DNA of 63,758 bases, counting the filler, from Octopus bimaculoides (Eukaryota): NCBI RefSeq assembly GCF_001194135.2. It is 5 parts of 5 records of this genome, joined end to end, with 100 filler letters (N's around TTAATTAATTAA, not from the genome) between each part and the next. Parts side by side here need not be neighbours in the genome. Positions count along the whole stretch, not along the records: positions 1 to 28,394 come from NC_068988.1; 4 more parts are not named here. One strand, 5' to 3'. Position numbers and translations under genes: made by a program. Below are positions 13,147 through 26,480 of this stretch, one piece after another (positions within the stretch are counted from its first letter, which is position 1; each line of letters starts with the position of its first letter). Under the pieces are notes generated by a model. That model worked only from the letters and a program-made list of their open reading frames with translations, searched no databases and was not told the origin of the DNA.

Positions 13147-13548
13147 GGCGAGCTGGCAGAACTTTAGTACGCCGGGCTTCGTCTGCCGTTACGTTCTGAG
13201 TTCAAATTCCGCCGAGGTCAACTTTGCCTTTCATCCTTTCGGGGTCGATAAATTAAGTACCAGTTACGCACTGGGGCCGATGTAATCGACTCAATCCCTT
13301 TCTCTGTCCTTGTTTGTCCTCTCTATGTTTAGCTCCTTGTGGGCAATAAAGAAATAAGAAATGTTAGTATGCCGGGTGAAATGCTTAGCGGTATTTCGTC
13401 TGTCTTTACGATCACACTCCACCGAGGTCGGCTTTGCCTTTCATTCTTTAGGGGTCGATAAATTAAGTAACAGTTACGTTCTGGGATTGATCTAATCGAC
13501 TTGCTCCTCCCCCCAAATTTCGGGTCTTGTGTCTAGAGTAGAAAAGAA
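13147..13548 (+). mobile_element. Two tandem SINE family B copies with different 3' tails
   Basis: Copy 1 (13147-13360) ends in a Tx1-like tail; copy 2 (13361-13548) ends in the ccccaaatttcgggtcttgtgtctagagtagaaaag tail. Confidence 0.85.
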
Positions 13549-13892
13549 TAGATGATTTTGAAATGCTGTAATATAAGCGAGCTTAAATAATCTTGAAGTA
13601 ATTAATATTACACCTATAGTGAAAAAAGTAACTCGAAAGCGCTTATGGTCATTCATTCAATAGTTGTCAGTCATCTAGAGTCTGGCAAATACAAGGAAGA
13701 GTCGGTTTTAATGAAGAGGTCTGATGAGACTAAAACATGCCCAGAGTTTTCGACATGATTATCAAAAATCAGATTAACACTCCCAATTGTAGAAATTGGG
13801 ATTTCGAAGTGGTCTCTCTCTTGTCTTTCTTGTACAAAATTAATCATCGGCCGAGACATGTCTGTGTGGAAACCTCGTGGTATTGGACTCAA

Positions 13893-13992
13893 TCACATTG
13901 CGTGGCACCGTGAGCAAATGTATTCTACCGTAGCCCCGGATCGACCAGTTCCTTTTGAGTGGATTTGGTAGATAAAAACTGATAGAAACTTG

Positions 13993-14036
<44 letters not shown>

Positions 14037-14245
14037 TTGTGTTTGTGTCTGTCCCGCCTGCACCGTTTCACATTCGGTGTTGGTGAGTTTACGTCCTCGT
14101 AACATAGCGGTTCGGCAAAAGAGAAAATGTAGAATAAGAACCAGGCTTAAAAAAATAAGTTCTGTGATCGATTTATGCGATTAAAACACTCTAATGCGGT
14201 GCTCCAGAATGACCGTAGTCTAACGACTGAAACAAAAGATTTAAA
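13893..14245 (+). mobile_element. SINE family A, 5'-truncated
   Basis: Body, (GT)n core and tail (gcggtgctccagaatgaccgtagtc). Confidence 0.8.
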
Positions 14246-15288
14246 TAAATGAATTCAGTGTCTCGTTACTATACATGTTAGTTTCATAGTTTGAATCAAT
14301 TTNNNNNNNNNNNNNNNNNNNNNNNNNNNNNNNNNNNNNNNNNNNNNNNNNNNNNNNNNNNNNNNNNNNNNNNNNNNNNNNNNNNNNNNNNNNNNNNNNN
14401 NNNNNNNNNNNNNNNNNNNNNNNNNNNNNNNNNNNNNNNNNNNNNNNNNNNNNNNNNNNNNNNNNNNNNNNNNNNNNNNNNNNNNNNNNNNNNNNNNNNN
14501 NNNNNNNNNNNNNNNNNNNNNNNNNNNNNNNNNNNNNNNNNNNNNNNNNNNNNNNNNNNNNNNNNNNNNNNNNNNNNNNNNNNNNNNNNNNNNNNNNNNN
14601 NNNNNNNNNNNNNNNNNNNNNNNNNNNNNNNNNNNNNNNNNNNNNNNNNNNNNNNNNNNNNNNNNNNNNNNNNNNNNNNNNNNNNNNNNNNNNNNNNNNN
14701 NNNNNNNNNNNNNNNNNNNNNNNNNNNNNNNNNNNNNNNNNNNNNNNNNNNNNNNNNNNNNNNNNNNNNNNNNNNNNNNNNNNNNNNNNNNNNNNNNNNN
14801 NNNNNNNNNNNNNNNNNNNNNNNNNNNNNNNNNNNNNNNNNNNNNNNNNNNNNNNNNNNNNNNNNNNNNNNNNNNNNNNNNNNNNNNNNNNNNNNNNNNN
14901 NNNNNNNNNNNNNNNNNNNNNNNNNNNNNNNNNNNNNNNNNNNNNNNNNNNNNNNNNNNNNNNNNNNNNNNNNNNNNNNNNNNNNNNNNNNNNNNNNNNN
15001 NNNNNNNNNNNNNNNNNNNNNNNNNNNNNNNNNNNNNNNNCGGAATACGACTGTGACGCGTTTAAGAGAAGGTTTGCTTAGAAGCCCTTAGGGTGTTTTT
15101 CCATGTTGTTATAACTATTACCGACTGAACTGCATTCTCCCCTACTTAGGACGATTTTAATTACACACATGTATTAGTTTGATATGGCAATACATAAGCA
15201 GGTTCCTGTCTTTCTCTCTCACTCGTTCTGCCTGTCTGTCTGCCTGTCTGTTTGTCTGTCTGCCTGTCTGTCTGTCTGCCTGCCTGCC

Positions 15289-15329
<41 letters not shown>

Positions 15330-15679
15330 TTCTTACACACACATCATACAAAAACAAATTTACACGTGAAAGCGTGTGAACATACATACACAATGTTTAA
15401 ACATATACATGCATATATATATGTGTATGTATATATGTATGTATGTACGGATGAATGGATGTATATAAATATGCATCATACAAAACGACACAGGTATTAT
15501 GTATGAATGCTATTATAATAAATATGTGTGTGTGTGTGTATTGATGTATGTGTATATATATGTATACATGTATGTACGTATATAATGTGTGTATATATAT
15601 AATATATATTTATATATATGATTGTATAAATACATATGTGTATGAATATATATATATACACACACAGACTTTCACATAA

Positions 15680-15719
<40 letters not shown>

Positions 15720-17065
15720 NNNNNNNNNNNNNNNNNNNNNNNNNNNNNNNNNNNNNNNNNNNNNNNNNNNNNNNNNNNNNNNNNNNNNNNNNNNNNNNNN
15801 NNNNNNNNNNNNNNNNNNNNNNNNNNNNNNNNNNNNNNNNNNNNNNNNNNNNNNNNNNNNNNNNNNNNNNNNNNNNNNNNNNNNNNNNNNNNNNNNNNNN
15901 NNNNNNNNNNNNNNNNNNNNNNNNNNNNNNNNNNNNNNNNNNNNNNNNNNNNNNNNNNNNNNNNNNNNNNNNNNNNNNNNNNNNNNNNNNNNNNNNNNNN
16001 NNNNNNNNNNNNNNNNNNNNNNNNNNNNNNNNNNNNNNNNNNNNNNNNNNNNNNNNNNNNNNNNNNNNNNNNNNNNNNNNNNNNNNNNNNNNNNNNNNNN
16101 NNNNNNNNNNNNNNNNNNNNNNNNNNNNNNNNNNNNNNNNNNNNNNNNNNNNNNNNNNNNNNNNNNNNNNNNNNNNNNNNNNNNNNNNNNNNNNNNNNNN
16201 NNNNNNNNNNNNNNNNNNNNNNNNNNNNNNNNNNNNNNNNNNNNNNNNNNNNNNNNNNNNNNNNNNNNNNNNNNNNNNNNNNNNNNNNNNNNNNNNNNNN
16301 NNNNNNNNNNNNNNNNNNNNNNNNNNNNNNNNNNNNNNNNNNNNNNNNNNNNNNNNNNNNNNNNNNNNNNNNNNNNNNNNNNNNNNNNNNNNNNNNNNNN
16401 NNNNNNNNNNNNNNNNNNNNNNNNNNNNNNNTATATATATATATATATAATGCGAGAGAGTTAGGGATTCAGCAAGTCGTTGGGTTCAGCATATTATCCT
16501 CCATTTTATCCTCATATTATCCTCCATTTTCTAATTGATATATATATATATATATATATAAATACACACATGCATCGATATATGTGTATGTGTGTGTATG
16601 TGTGTGTGCATGTGTGTGAGTGTGTGTGCGCGTACATGCATGAATGTATGTTATGTAAACGGTGGGTGGGTGGTCAGAAACTAAAGGAAGGGCGTACATT
16701 GTCAAAATACATAAAAGTTTTTGATCCTGGACATAGCTGTTTCCATGAGATTTTGGTATGTAAAACATAATACATGACTACAGCACGTCATTAGCAGATT
16801 CACCCAATTTAATATTTGCTTGAATTACATTGGTTCATATAATCTAGATTGACTTAGATCTGAACACGAACTACAGTGAATAGATTCGAAATGTCGAGAC
16901 TTTCGGAAACAAAATCTCTTTGGAGTATAAATTCGTTATGCGACACCGCTCGACGATTTCAAATATAATGTTTGAACCATAGGGCTCTGCAGCAGTAACT
17001 ATATATGAAGTGTACTGATTATGAATTTGAGTGTCAAGTTTACGATGAGCAGTCAATAGACTTAA

Positions 17066-17132
<67 letters not shown>

Positions 17133-17884
17133 ATATATATATATATATATACACACACCTATGTGTGTGTGTGTGTGTGTGTAGGATGTCTACATTGATA
17201 AATAGTCTGATAGATTGATTGACAAACACCTTTATACAAAGAAAGTATTGGTTTGCCAAAACATAAATTATCTTTATCAAAGCACGGACNNNNNNNNNNN
17301 NNNNNNNNNNNNNNNNNNNNNNNNNNNNNNNNNNNNNNNNNNNNNNNNNNNNNNNNNNNNNNNNNNNNNNNNNNNNNNNNNNNNNNNNNNNNNNNNNNNN
17401 NNNNNNNNNNNNNNNNNNNNNNNNNNNNNNNNNNNNNNNNNNNNNNNNNNNNNNNNNNNNNNNNNNNNNNNNNNNNNNNNNNNNNNNNNNNNNNNNNNNN
17501 NNNNNNNNNNNNNNNNNNNNNNNNNNNNNNNNNNNNNNNNNNNNNNNNNNNNNNNNNNNNNNNNNNNNNNNNNNNNNNNNNNNNNNNNNNNNATATATAT
17601 AAGTGTTGTCTGTTTGTGTGAGAGTGTAACTATTGATATTAACTTTTCGTTCGGACTTTTTTGTTTGGAGAAGTAATGCGAATAATATATTTGAGCATGT
17701 GTAAAATAATAACAACATTTATTTCATTAATCTTCTGCTAATCAAAATTGACCTTAAACAGATTATTGATGTCGTACTAATTGTTGTTCATCCCCTGGAC
17801 CACGCTGTTTGAGCAGACTCACATAAAGCTGTGTCTATTCCAGCATTTTTGCTCTAGACATTGAGTTAGATCAACTGTAAGTAC

Positions 17885-18285
17885 GCTGATGGTTGTATGG
17901 TTAAGAATCTCGTTTTACAACCATATGGCTTTGGGTTCAATCTTGCTGAATGGCATCTTAGGAAAATTTCGTGTACTATAGTTCCTAGCCGACCAATGCC
18001 TCATGAGTGAATTTGGCAAACAAAAAAAAAATCTGTGTGGGAGCCCGTCGTATTTATGTATATGTGTGTGTGTGTATGTGCGTGTGTCGCCTCTATTGCA
18101 TGACAACTAGTGTTGGTTTTTCTACTTTCCTGTAACTTAGCTGTTCGGCAAAAGAAATGACGGAATAAGTACTAGCATTAAAAAGTATGCACTGCGAGCG
18201 ATTTGTTCGACTAAACCCTTCTCGGCGGTGCTCCAGCATGGCAGCAGTCCAATATAACAAAGATAAAACACAAAAGGTAAAAGAT
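17885..18285 (+). mobile_element. SINE family A, diverged full length
   Basis: Degenerate head plus the conserved tail ggcggtgctccagcatggcagcagtcc. Confidence 0.8.
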
Positions 18286-19147
18286 TCCTAATTTATTCTT
18301 TACTCAAGATGTTAGACTATAAGTTTAGGGATAATGATCTACTATTTCTATCTGGTCGAGCCATCATTTGGTGGTTTCCTCATTGGCCTAACGATACATT
18401 GAATTAATCCACCGGCTCACCATATTTACAGGCACAATGTGTAATGAATATTCATTCAGTCAACACGAGCATCGTACTATTTAAATATGTTATACGTTTA
18501 AATAACTGTACACAGTGTTTATAAACAATGTTGAAAACGTGAAATAGATTTAGGACAGGAAGGTTAACCGGTTGGAAATCATTTTAAGTGCAACATTAAA
18601 ATAACATCCAAATAATACGCTCTCGTATGGTTAGGTGTTGCTATCTGTCTCGTCGCCTGCTCAACTTCATTAATCTTGTTCTCTGGGTGTATGTGTGTGT
18701 GCGTGGTGTGTATATANNNNNNNNNNTATATATATATATATATATCCATGAATACATACATATACACATATACACTTACACACATACATACATGCCTGTA
18801 CATATATACGCTCTCACATACATACAAAAGTCTTTTCAACGCATTGTGTCTCTTCCTCTCGCTTTTTCTCATTCTCGCTTTATTAAACACAGACACACAC
18901 ACACGCACACACACAGACACACACACATACACATCTTACATACCAACACACGCACACACACACACACAGATATACACAAGCATACATACACAAAAACACA
19001 CACACACGTGTATACGCTCCGATTTTCATAGAAAAATCTTTTCACCTCAATCTCTTTCACTCTCTTTATCAAACACACACACACACACGTCTACATACCA
19101 ACACACACACACACACACACACACANNNNNNNNNNCGTCTACATACC

Positions 19148-19195
<48 letters not shown>

Positions 19196-19620
19196 TATCT
19201 TACATACCAACACGCGCACACACAGATATACACAAGCATACATGCACAAAAACACACACACACGTGTGTATACGCACCGATTTTCATAGAAAAATCTTTT
19301 CACCTCAATCTCTTTCTCTTTATCAAACACACACACGTCTACATACCAACACACACACACAAAGACACACACAGATACATTCACACACAAAGAACAGAAA
19401 AACCGCATATATTCTCTCCCGTTAACCTTCATCCTCCCAACGCTTCAAATTCTTCCCCATTTTCTCTGTGAAACACATTCAAAAACCACCACCACCACCA
19501 CCACCACAACTGCAACAACAACAACAACAACGGCAACAACAGCAAGAAGCCCATAGATCGAAATGATCGATGGATTTAGCCGAGAGCAGATCAAATTGGT
19601 TCATACTTCGTGTTTCTTAG

Positions 19621-19707
19621 CGCTGACATCTACAGCCAAGATTTCATTTTCGCCAATGTGCCAGCCGTTGACGATATGGTCTTTAAGATCAACTTTCTCC
19701 TTAACAC
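19621..19707 (+). CDS. Putative internal exon (87 nt, phase 2 to 2): ADIYSQDFIFANVPAVDDMVFKINFLLN(T)
   Basis: Acceptor tgtttcttag, donor AC|gtatgc, high-complexity protein-like translation embedded in low-complexity DNA. Confidence 0.7.
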
Positions 19708-20389
19708 GTATGCAACTATTATTGTGTGTTTGTGTGTGTTTGTGTGCGTGCTTGAATGTATTTTATGCATGCATACATGCGTGTGTGTGTACTTGAATAT
19801 ATTCTATGTTTGTGTGTATGCTTGAATGCGTTCTATGTGTATGTGTGTGTGCGTGTGTTTGAGTGTGTGGTTTCATGAGCGTCGCTTTGTCATTGTATTT
19901 TATGCATGTGTAAATACACAAAAATGTGAACATGTGTGAATAATAGAGCTGACCCTTGACAATGGTAAACCAAACCAAACATTGTATTAATAACCATATT
20001 TTCATATCTTAATGGGGTGATGATATTATTTTTAACATTTTCCCACGACTATCCTTCATTCATTATAACACACATTTGACTCAAGCCTCGCAATGCAAAT
20101 GGTAAACTTCTGTTACGACGAGGCTGAAGTGTCCTCGTTTTAGACTTCTCGGATTGAAACCATTCCAACCTCCCCGCCACCCCCATCCCACTCGTGCTGC
20201 TACTGCTAGTACATCTTTGGTAAAAGCATGAACATCACAGAACCTTGCTTCTTATAATTCGTTTTAGGGGCGTATAGGCATAATTTATATTTTAGGAATA
20301 TATATGGTTGTAACTGAATCAGAACTAGAACACAGCGAATGCAACCGGTTTCTGAGCCCATGTATAGACTCAGGCACGCCACAGAATAT

Positions 20390-20590
20390 TGATTTAAAAT
20401 TTTGGCTCAACCCCACAAATTTCGGGACAGGAGATAAGTTGATTACATCTGCTCCAATGCTCGGCTCGTACTTATTTTTCTCGACCCCAAAAACATGAAA
20501 GACAAAGTCGACCTCCGTGCAATTTGAACTTAGAACGTAAAGATGAACGAAATGCCGCTGTTAAGATTTACGGCGAGCTGGCATAATCGT
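20390..20590 (-). mobile_element. SINE family B
   Basis: Reverse complement of the family-B body. Confidence 0.75.
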
Positions 20591-20599
20591 TTGCACGTC

Positions 20600-20648
<49 letters not shown>

Positions 20649-21139
20649 TAATAATAATAATAATAATTTCTACTATGGGCATGAGGCCTGAAATTCCGCG
20701 CCAACGATTCTGCCAGCTCGCCGCCTTTCGAAGCCATAAAATATAATCTGGTACGTATTTGCTTCTGTGTAAACTGGATAAAGATATGACGTCATTCCTG
20801 AAATCTGAACAGAGTAGATGCAAAGACGAAATAATTATTACAAATCTTTTAGTCAATAACCTCATTATTTCTGTTTCAAGAAGTTTGTTATTATTAACAT
20901 GTATCTGAAACGCAAGTGTCAAACATTATGAACTAAACTACCTCCTAACCGGGTGGTAGTTGTGGTTTCGTCTAATTCACGCTTCTTAAGTTCTCGTGAT
21001 TGGTAGGAACGCATTACGACTTCATTGTCCTCCACATTTAGAAATCTTGGCTCTTGAAGCCAAACACGGAAGCCATTAGTAGATGCTCAACCTGCTAGAA
21101 TTAGCAGCCAAATCTCATTCAGATCAGGCTCTTCAGTTT

Positions 21140-21440
21140 GGATAGTGGTGGATTCTCTTGTCGTAAACGACTGGTGGAGATTCTGCAATTCCTTGCTGAA
21201 GAGCCTACAGAGATGATTCGTTTATAGTGATATAAACATGAGCTCACATACTCCATCAAACTGGCATTTTCTCTACAGGTACACGGTGTATCACATGATG
21301 GACGTCGAAGTAATACCAGAGCAACGTGAAACGAAAAGTCTTGTTTAAGAACACAGCAGACCACGCAGTCTAGGGATTGAAACCACAATCTTGTGATCAT
21401 GAATGCAACACTCTGACCACTGGGCCACGCGCCTTCACAC
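21140..21440 (-). mobile_element. tRNA-headed SINE related to family C
   Basis: Minus-strand head gtgtgaaggcgcgtggcccagtggtcagagtg...ggtttcaatccc. Confidence 0.7.
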
Positions 21441-21724
21441 TTTGGATAATATAACCCTACATATATTATACCTAGAAAATAAGATTGGAAAATCATGGCT
21501 GCAACACTTTTGATCATAAGGTGATTTATTGAGTACTCTAATGGTGATAAATACGATTTTGTTGCCTTGTGTTTCAGTAAGATACTGTTATTAATGTATT
21601 TAAAGTAGCGCAGGCTGCGTCTATATCCTTGTCTCAGTTCTCTATTGAAGTCATTAATATAGGAACATCAAAATGCGCATGAATGGGTTAAGCGGTACAA
21701 ACTAGACCAATCTCTTTTTCTCTC

Positions 21725-21785
<61 letters not shown>

Positions 21786-22155
21786 CACCTATTTGTATAT
21801 GTATGTATATATATATNNNNNNNNNNNNNNNNNNNNNNNNNNNNNNNNNNNNNNNNNNNNNNNNNNNNNNNNNNNNNNNNNNNNNNNNNNNNNNNNNNNN
21901 NNNNNNNNNNNNNNNNNNNNNNNNNNNNNNNNNNNNNNNNNNNNNNNNNNNNNNNNNNNNNNNNNNNNNNNNNNNNNNNNNNNNNNNNNNNNNNNNNNNN
22001 NNNNNNNNNNNNNNNNNNNNNNNNNNNNNNNNNNNNNNNNNNNNNNNNNNNNNNNNNNNNNNNNNNNNNNNNNNNNNNNNNNNNNNNNNNNNNNNNNNNN
22101 NNNNNNNNNNNNNNNNNNNNNNNNNNNNNNNNNNNNNNNNNNNNNNNNNNNNNAT

Positions 22156-22190
<35 letters not shown>

Positions 22191-22209
22191 CTCTCTCTCT
22201 TTCTATCTA

Positions 22210-22415
22210 TCTGTGCTTGTCCCCCCAACATCGTTTGACAACCGATGTTGGTGTGTTTACGTTCCCGTAACTTAGTGGTTCGGCAAAAGAGACCGATAGA
22301 GTAAGTACTAGGCCTACAAAGAATAAGCCCTGGGGTCGATTTGCTCGAATAAAGGCGGTGCTCCAGCATGGCCGCAGTCACATGACTGAAACAAGTAAAA
22401 GAGTGAAAGAGTAAA
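22210..22415 (+). mobile_element. SINE family A, 3' half (5' part in gap)
   Basis: Near-consensus tail ...ggcggtgctccagcatggccgcagtcacatgactgaaacaagtaaaagag. Confidence 0.85.
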
Positions 22416-24805
22416 TAATATTTAATAATGAAAAATATAATAGGATTTAAAAAAAAATTGAATTGCTATGTGGGTCCAGTTGAATAAAATAGAAATTAAA
22501 GTGGTCCACAGGTAAAAAAATGATTGAGAACCTCTGGGCTGGCATCAGATCAGCTCTAGTAGGACCGACTGATAGTCAAAAGCAATCCACCTGTGACCAT
22601 CTACTTTTATTTTCTTTCCTGCATCATGAATTTGATACATAGCCGATGTGGTCTTAGATTTCATATTTTAAAACTGTAGGATGTGACTTAATGGAAATAT
22701 TGCTGCTGCTTTTAGCAAGCCAAATGACCATTTAGTTTCCGTTGTTTGTTCATGGTTGATGTTGTTTTTCTGTTAGCCCCAGGTCAGCTCTCATCGGGCA
22801 GGCGTATGATCAAAGACGTTTCACGTATATAGTCATGTCGTCTGTTCAGAATATCTAGAACCACATTATCAGTTCAATATGTTACTCATTATTGTAAAAA
22901 ATAAGGTGATACGATGTCATTGCCAGGAGATTTCATTCGTATTTCGAGCCGATTGAGTTGCTGCGAAGAGACTTTTTCATTAGAGTTACTTTCGTTTCGT
23001 AACTTTTATTGTTGTTAGTGTTGGTGGTGATATTAGTGGTGGTGATGGTACCTTTTGGCGGAAAGTACGATAGCAACCATCCAGGTGACTGTTGATCTTT
23101 TAGTGAAGGCAAATTTGGAAATTTTGTTGGTCTAAGCTCGTAGTGAAACATGGCAGAAAAATTGCAATTGCGAAATGTATAGGGTATATTCCACAGACAC
23201 GTGTATAAGATCCAGTCCTTGTTATGTGATGTGGCTTGTATGCCTGATTGATCATGAGAGCTATGCCCATAGGACGCAAGCTCCAGATAGGACCTTCTAT
23301 GCAGAGCAGGTCAAAGGAAAGAGGCCAAACCATTGTGGATCACCTGTGACCAGAGGTAAAAATGAGTTTGCATCGGGCCAACACCCCATTTAGAAAAAGC
23401 TAAGTTACAGAAGCCTCGATGACAATTCCAAAAGAACAAAACCTGGGAGAAGAAAGCCTTCCTTCGGGAAAACATAGGTCGTGGTGCAGCAAAATTCGAA
23501 AGGTAAAGCTAAAAAACCAGTAGAGGGACAGAAAAGAGAATCCAGAGTCGAAAACAGTAGAAAAAAACTTTCGATGGCCAATGCTCCAAAGGTGTGAAGG
23601 GTTTAAGTAATATCTCTCAAATCATACATTAATTAAGGCAGGTTGGTCACACCTGGAACGCTTTTGTTCATAGGTTTACCTAATCAGCGCTGATATGGGA
23701 GTAAACCGCCACAGCAATAGCAACACCAGCAACAGCAGCGGTGACTATGTGAGATACGTTAAATGATTTCTAGTGCTCAGGTCGTAAAGTTCGCATTCCA
23801 AAGTGGGACAGTCAAACAACTTTACTTTCCTTGCACAAAGAAGGTCCTGCCAATTCACAACATGGTAATTTCGATTTCCTCGAGCGGATAAGCGCAAAAG
23901 GGGTTAGTCCCTATGAAGACAATTGGCGACCCAGTCTCGATACTACGTTGGGAACTTAAGCTTTTCATTTTGCACTCAATGTCCTTGAATGCTACAACTT
24001 CCGGTTTTTCAATCTTTTTATTTACTATATACACACAGACACACTCATACATACATACGTACGTACGTATGTATCTCTTTTCATATTTGTGCTTTCCCTT
24101 CATTCGTCATTGTTTATGTCTTTCCGCTTTTCTCTTCTAATAATATTTTTGCTGTTATTTTTATCCCCCCCCCCCTTTTTGTCTCCTTTTTTTCTCATTT
24201 TATTTTATGCATTTCCATTGTCCTTCTCTTTCGGGCTTTCTTTTTCCTATGACCTTTTCCTCTCTTACCTTCCTTTCTCCGTACACGTTTCTACATTTCT
24301 CTTTCCTTCTCCTTTTCTTTGTTATCCATTATTTCTTTACTTCGTCTCATTTCCTTCGTTCTACCTTTCACTAGTTTGCAATTTCATTCATCCACCAGTT
24401 CACCCCGAATGTTCACCCATTCACTCATTCATACATCCAGCCTTCCAACAGTTGTCCTTACATAATTACACAACACCAAGCAGTGTAGATATAACAAACA
24501 AACTCACTTACTCAAGCAACCTACAAACCAATGGTCGCTCAAACTGGTAGAAATGCGACTAAATATCGTTGCAATCGCACTCTGCCTTCTGTAAAAGAAA
24601 AAAAACCCACATAATATAGTTATAAATATTATAAAATAACATGGTCACTGCTGGAATGCTTTGGTCATGGGTTTTCTGAATTAGGATTGATCCAGTGGTA
24701 AACAAAAATAATGGAGATTGTTACTGTTTCGTATTAGATACACTGTGTATGGACAAAGGACAGGATAATTATATTTTAACCCTTTGTCTCTTTCTCGTAA
24801 ACTCT

Positions 24806-24839
<34 letters not shown>

Positions 24840-24912
24840 GAGGAAGTTACAGACGACTGGGGATTTCATGCGTTATATTAATACATATAATGAATAGATG
24901 TATGTGTGCATA

Positions 24913-24963
<51 letters not shown>

Positions 24964-26167
24964 NNNNNNNNNNNNNNNNNNNNNNNNNNNNNNNNNNNNN
25001 NNNNNNNNNNNNNNNNNNNNNNNNNNNNNNNNNNNNNNNNNNNNNNNNNNNNNNNNNNNNNNNNNNNNNNNNNNNNNNNNNNNNNNNNNNNNNNNNNNNN
25101 NNNNNNNNNNNNNNNNNNNNNNNNNNNNNNNNNNNNNNNNNNNNNNNNNNNNNNNNNNNNNNNNNNNNNNNNNNNNNNNNNNNNNNNNNNNNNNNNNNNN
25201 NNNNNNNNNNNNNNNNNNNNNNNNNNNNNNNNNNNNNNNNNNNNNNNNNNNNNNNNNNNNNNNNNNNNNNNNNNNNNNNNNNNNNNNNNNNNNNNNNNNN
25301 NNNNNNNNNNNNNNNNNNNNNNNNNNNNNNNNNNNNNNNNNNNNNNNNNNNNNNNNNNNNNNNNNNNNNNNNNNNNNNNNNNNNNNNNNNNNNNNNNNNN
25401 NNNNNNNNNNNNNNNNNNNNNNNNNNNNNNNNNNNNNNNNNNNNNNNNNNNNNNNNNNNNNNNNNNNNNNNNNNNNNNNNNNNNNNNNNNNNNNNNNNNN
25501 NNNNNNNNNNNNNNNNNNNNNNNNNNNNNNNNNNNNNNNNNNNNNNNNNNNNNNNNNNNNNNNNNNNNNNNNNNNNNNNNNNNNNNNNNNNNNNAAAGAT
25601 TACTTTTATAACCAACCTCTCATCTTTTCACATAATCTGCATTCTTTGTTTTCTTTTATATATTTAGCCCCCTTCATCTGTTTCTTGCTCCGTCTTCTTT
25701 GGGCATTTTTTTTTAATCCTCTCCCTTTGTGTTCACTTTTGTATCATTTTACTCTCTTTTTCTACATCCCACCGTTCTTTCGCAATTGCTTCTGTCCAGT
25801 GTTTTTTCTTTTGTCTTATTTCTCTTTCTCTTTTAAAAAAAAAAATTATTTACTTCCACCCCACCAAAATCTTTTTGATCAATTCACGCTGTGAATTTCA
25901 ACTAAAGTACAACACGTAGTCTGTACTTCACTATCAGTCCGTCCTATTCACACACCTTAACCATAAAACCTGAGTGACACCACCTTACATGATGTTTCAT
26001 GTGCGGGTTATTCGTGCCTGCCTGTTTGTCTGTTTGCTTGTTTGTTTGTTTATATGTATTTGTGCGTGTGTGGAACGCGTGAATGTATATCTGTGTGCGT
26101 GTGTGTGTACGTGTGCGTTTGATTATGTTTATTTTTAGTCGGAGACGGTTAATGTAATTTTTCACAG

Positions 26168-26186
26168 CAACCCGAGATTAAAGGCT
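26168..26186 (+). CDS. Putative 19-nt micro-exon (phase 2 to 0): (T)NPRLKA
   Basis: Strong acceptor ttaatgtaatttttcacag and consensus donor GCT|gtaagt; continues the frame of 19621-19707. Confidence 0.55.
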
Positions 26187-26391
26187 GTAAGTCGCTGAAG
26201 ATAAACTCAAATGAGATATATTTTTTTTATAAAACCGACGCCCGCGTTTTAAATATCAAATGTCGCTGTGTAAGGATATAAAAATAAGAAAAGTGATTAT
26301 CTGCATGCATACGTTCATAAATGTGTGTGTGTGAGTGTGTGTGTATATGTATATACATGTTTATATATGTATATATGTATACATATGTATG

Positions 26392-26480
<89 letters not shown>

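Noticed and set aside
13671-13892. 73-aa minus-strand ORF and a CTGATGA motif at about 13711
   Set aside because: No recognisable domain or splice context; no matching GAAA or stem I/III for a hammerhead.
23150-23430. Possible RTE 5' UTR with an HDV-like ribozyme
   Set aside because: Only vague similarity by eye; no nested double-pseudoknot pairing could be drawn.
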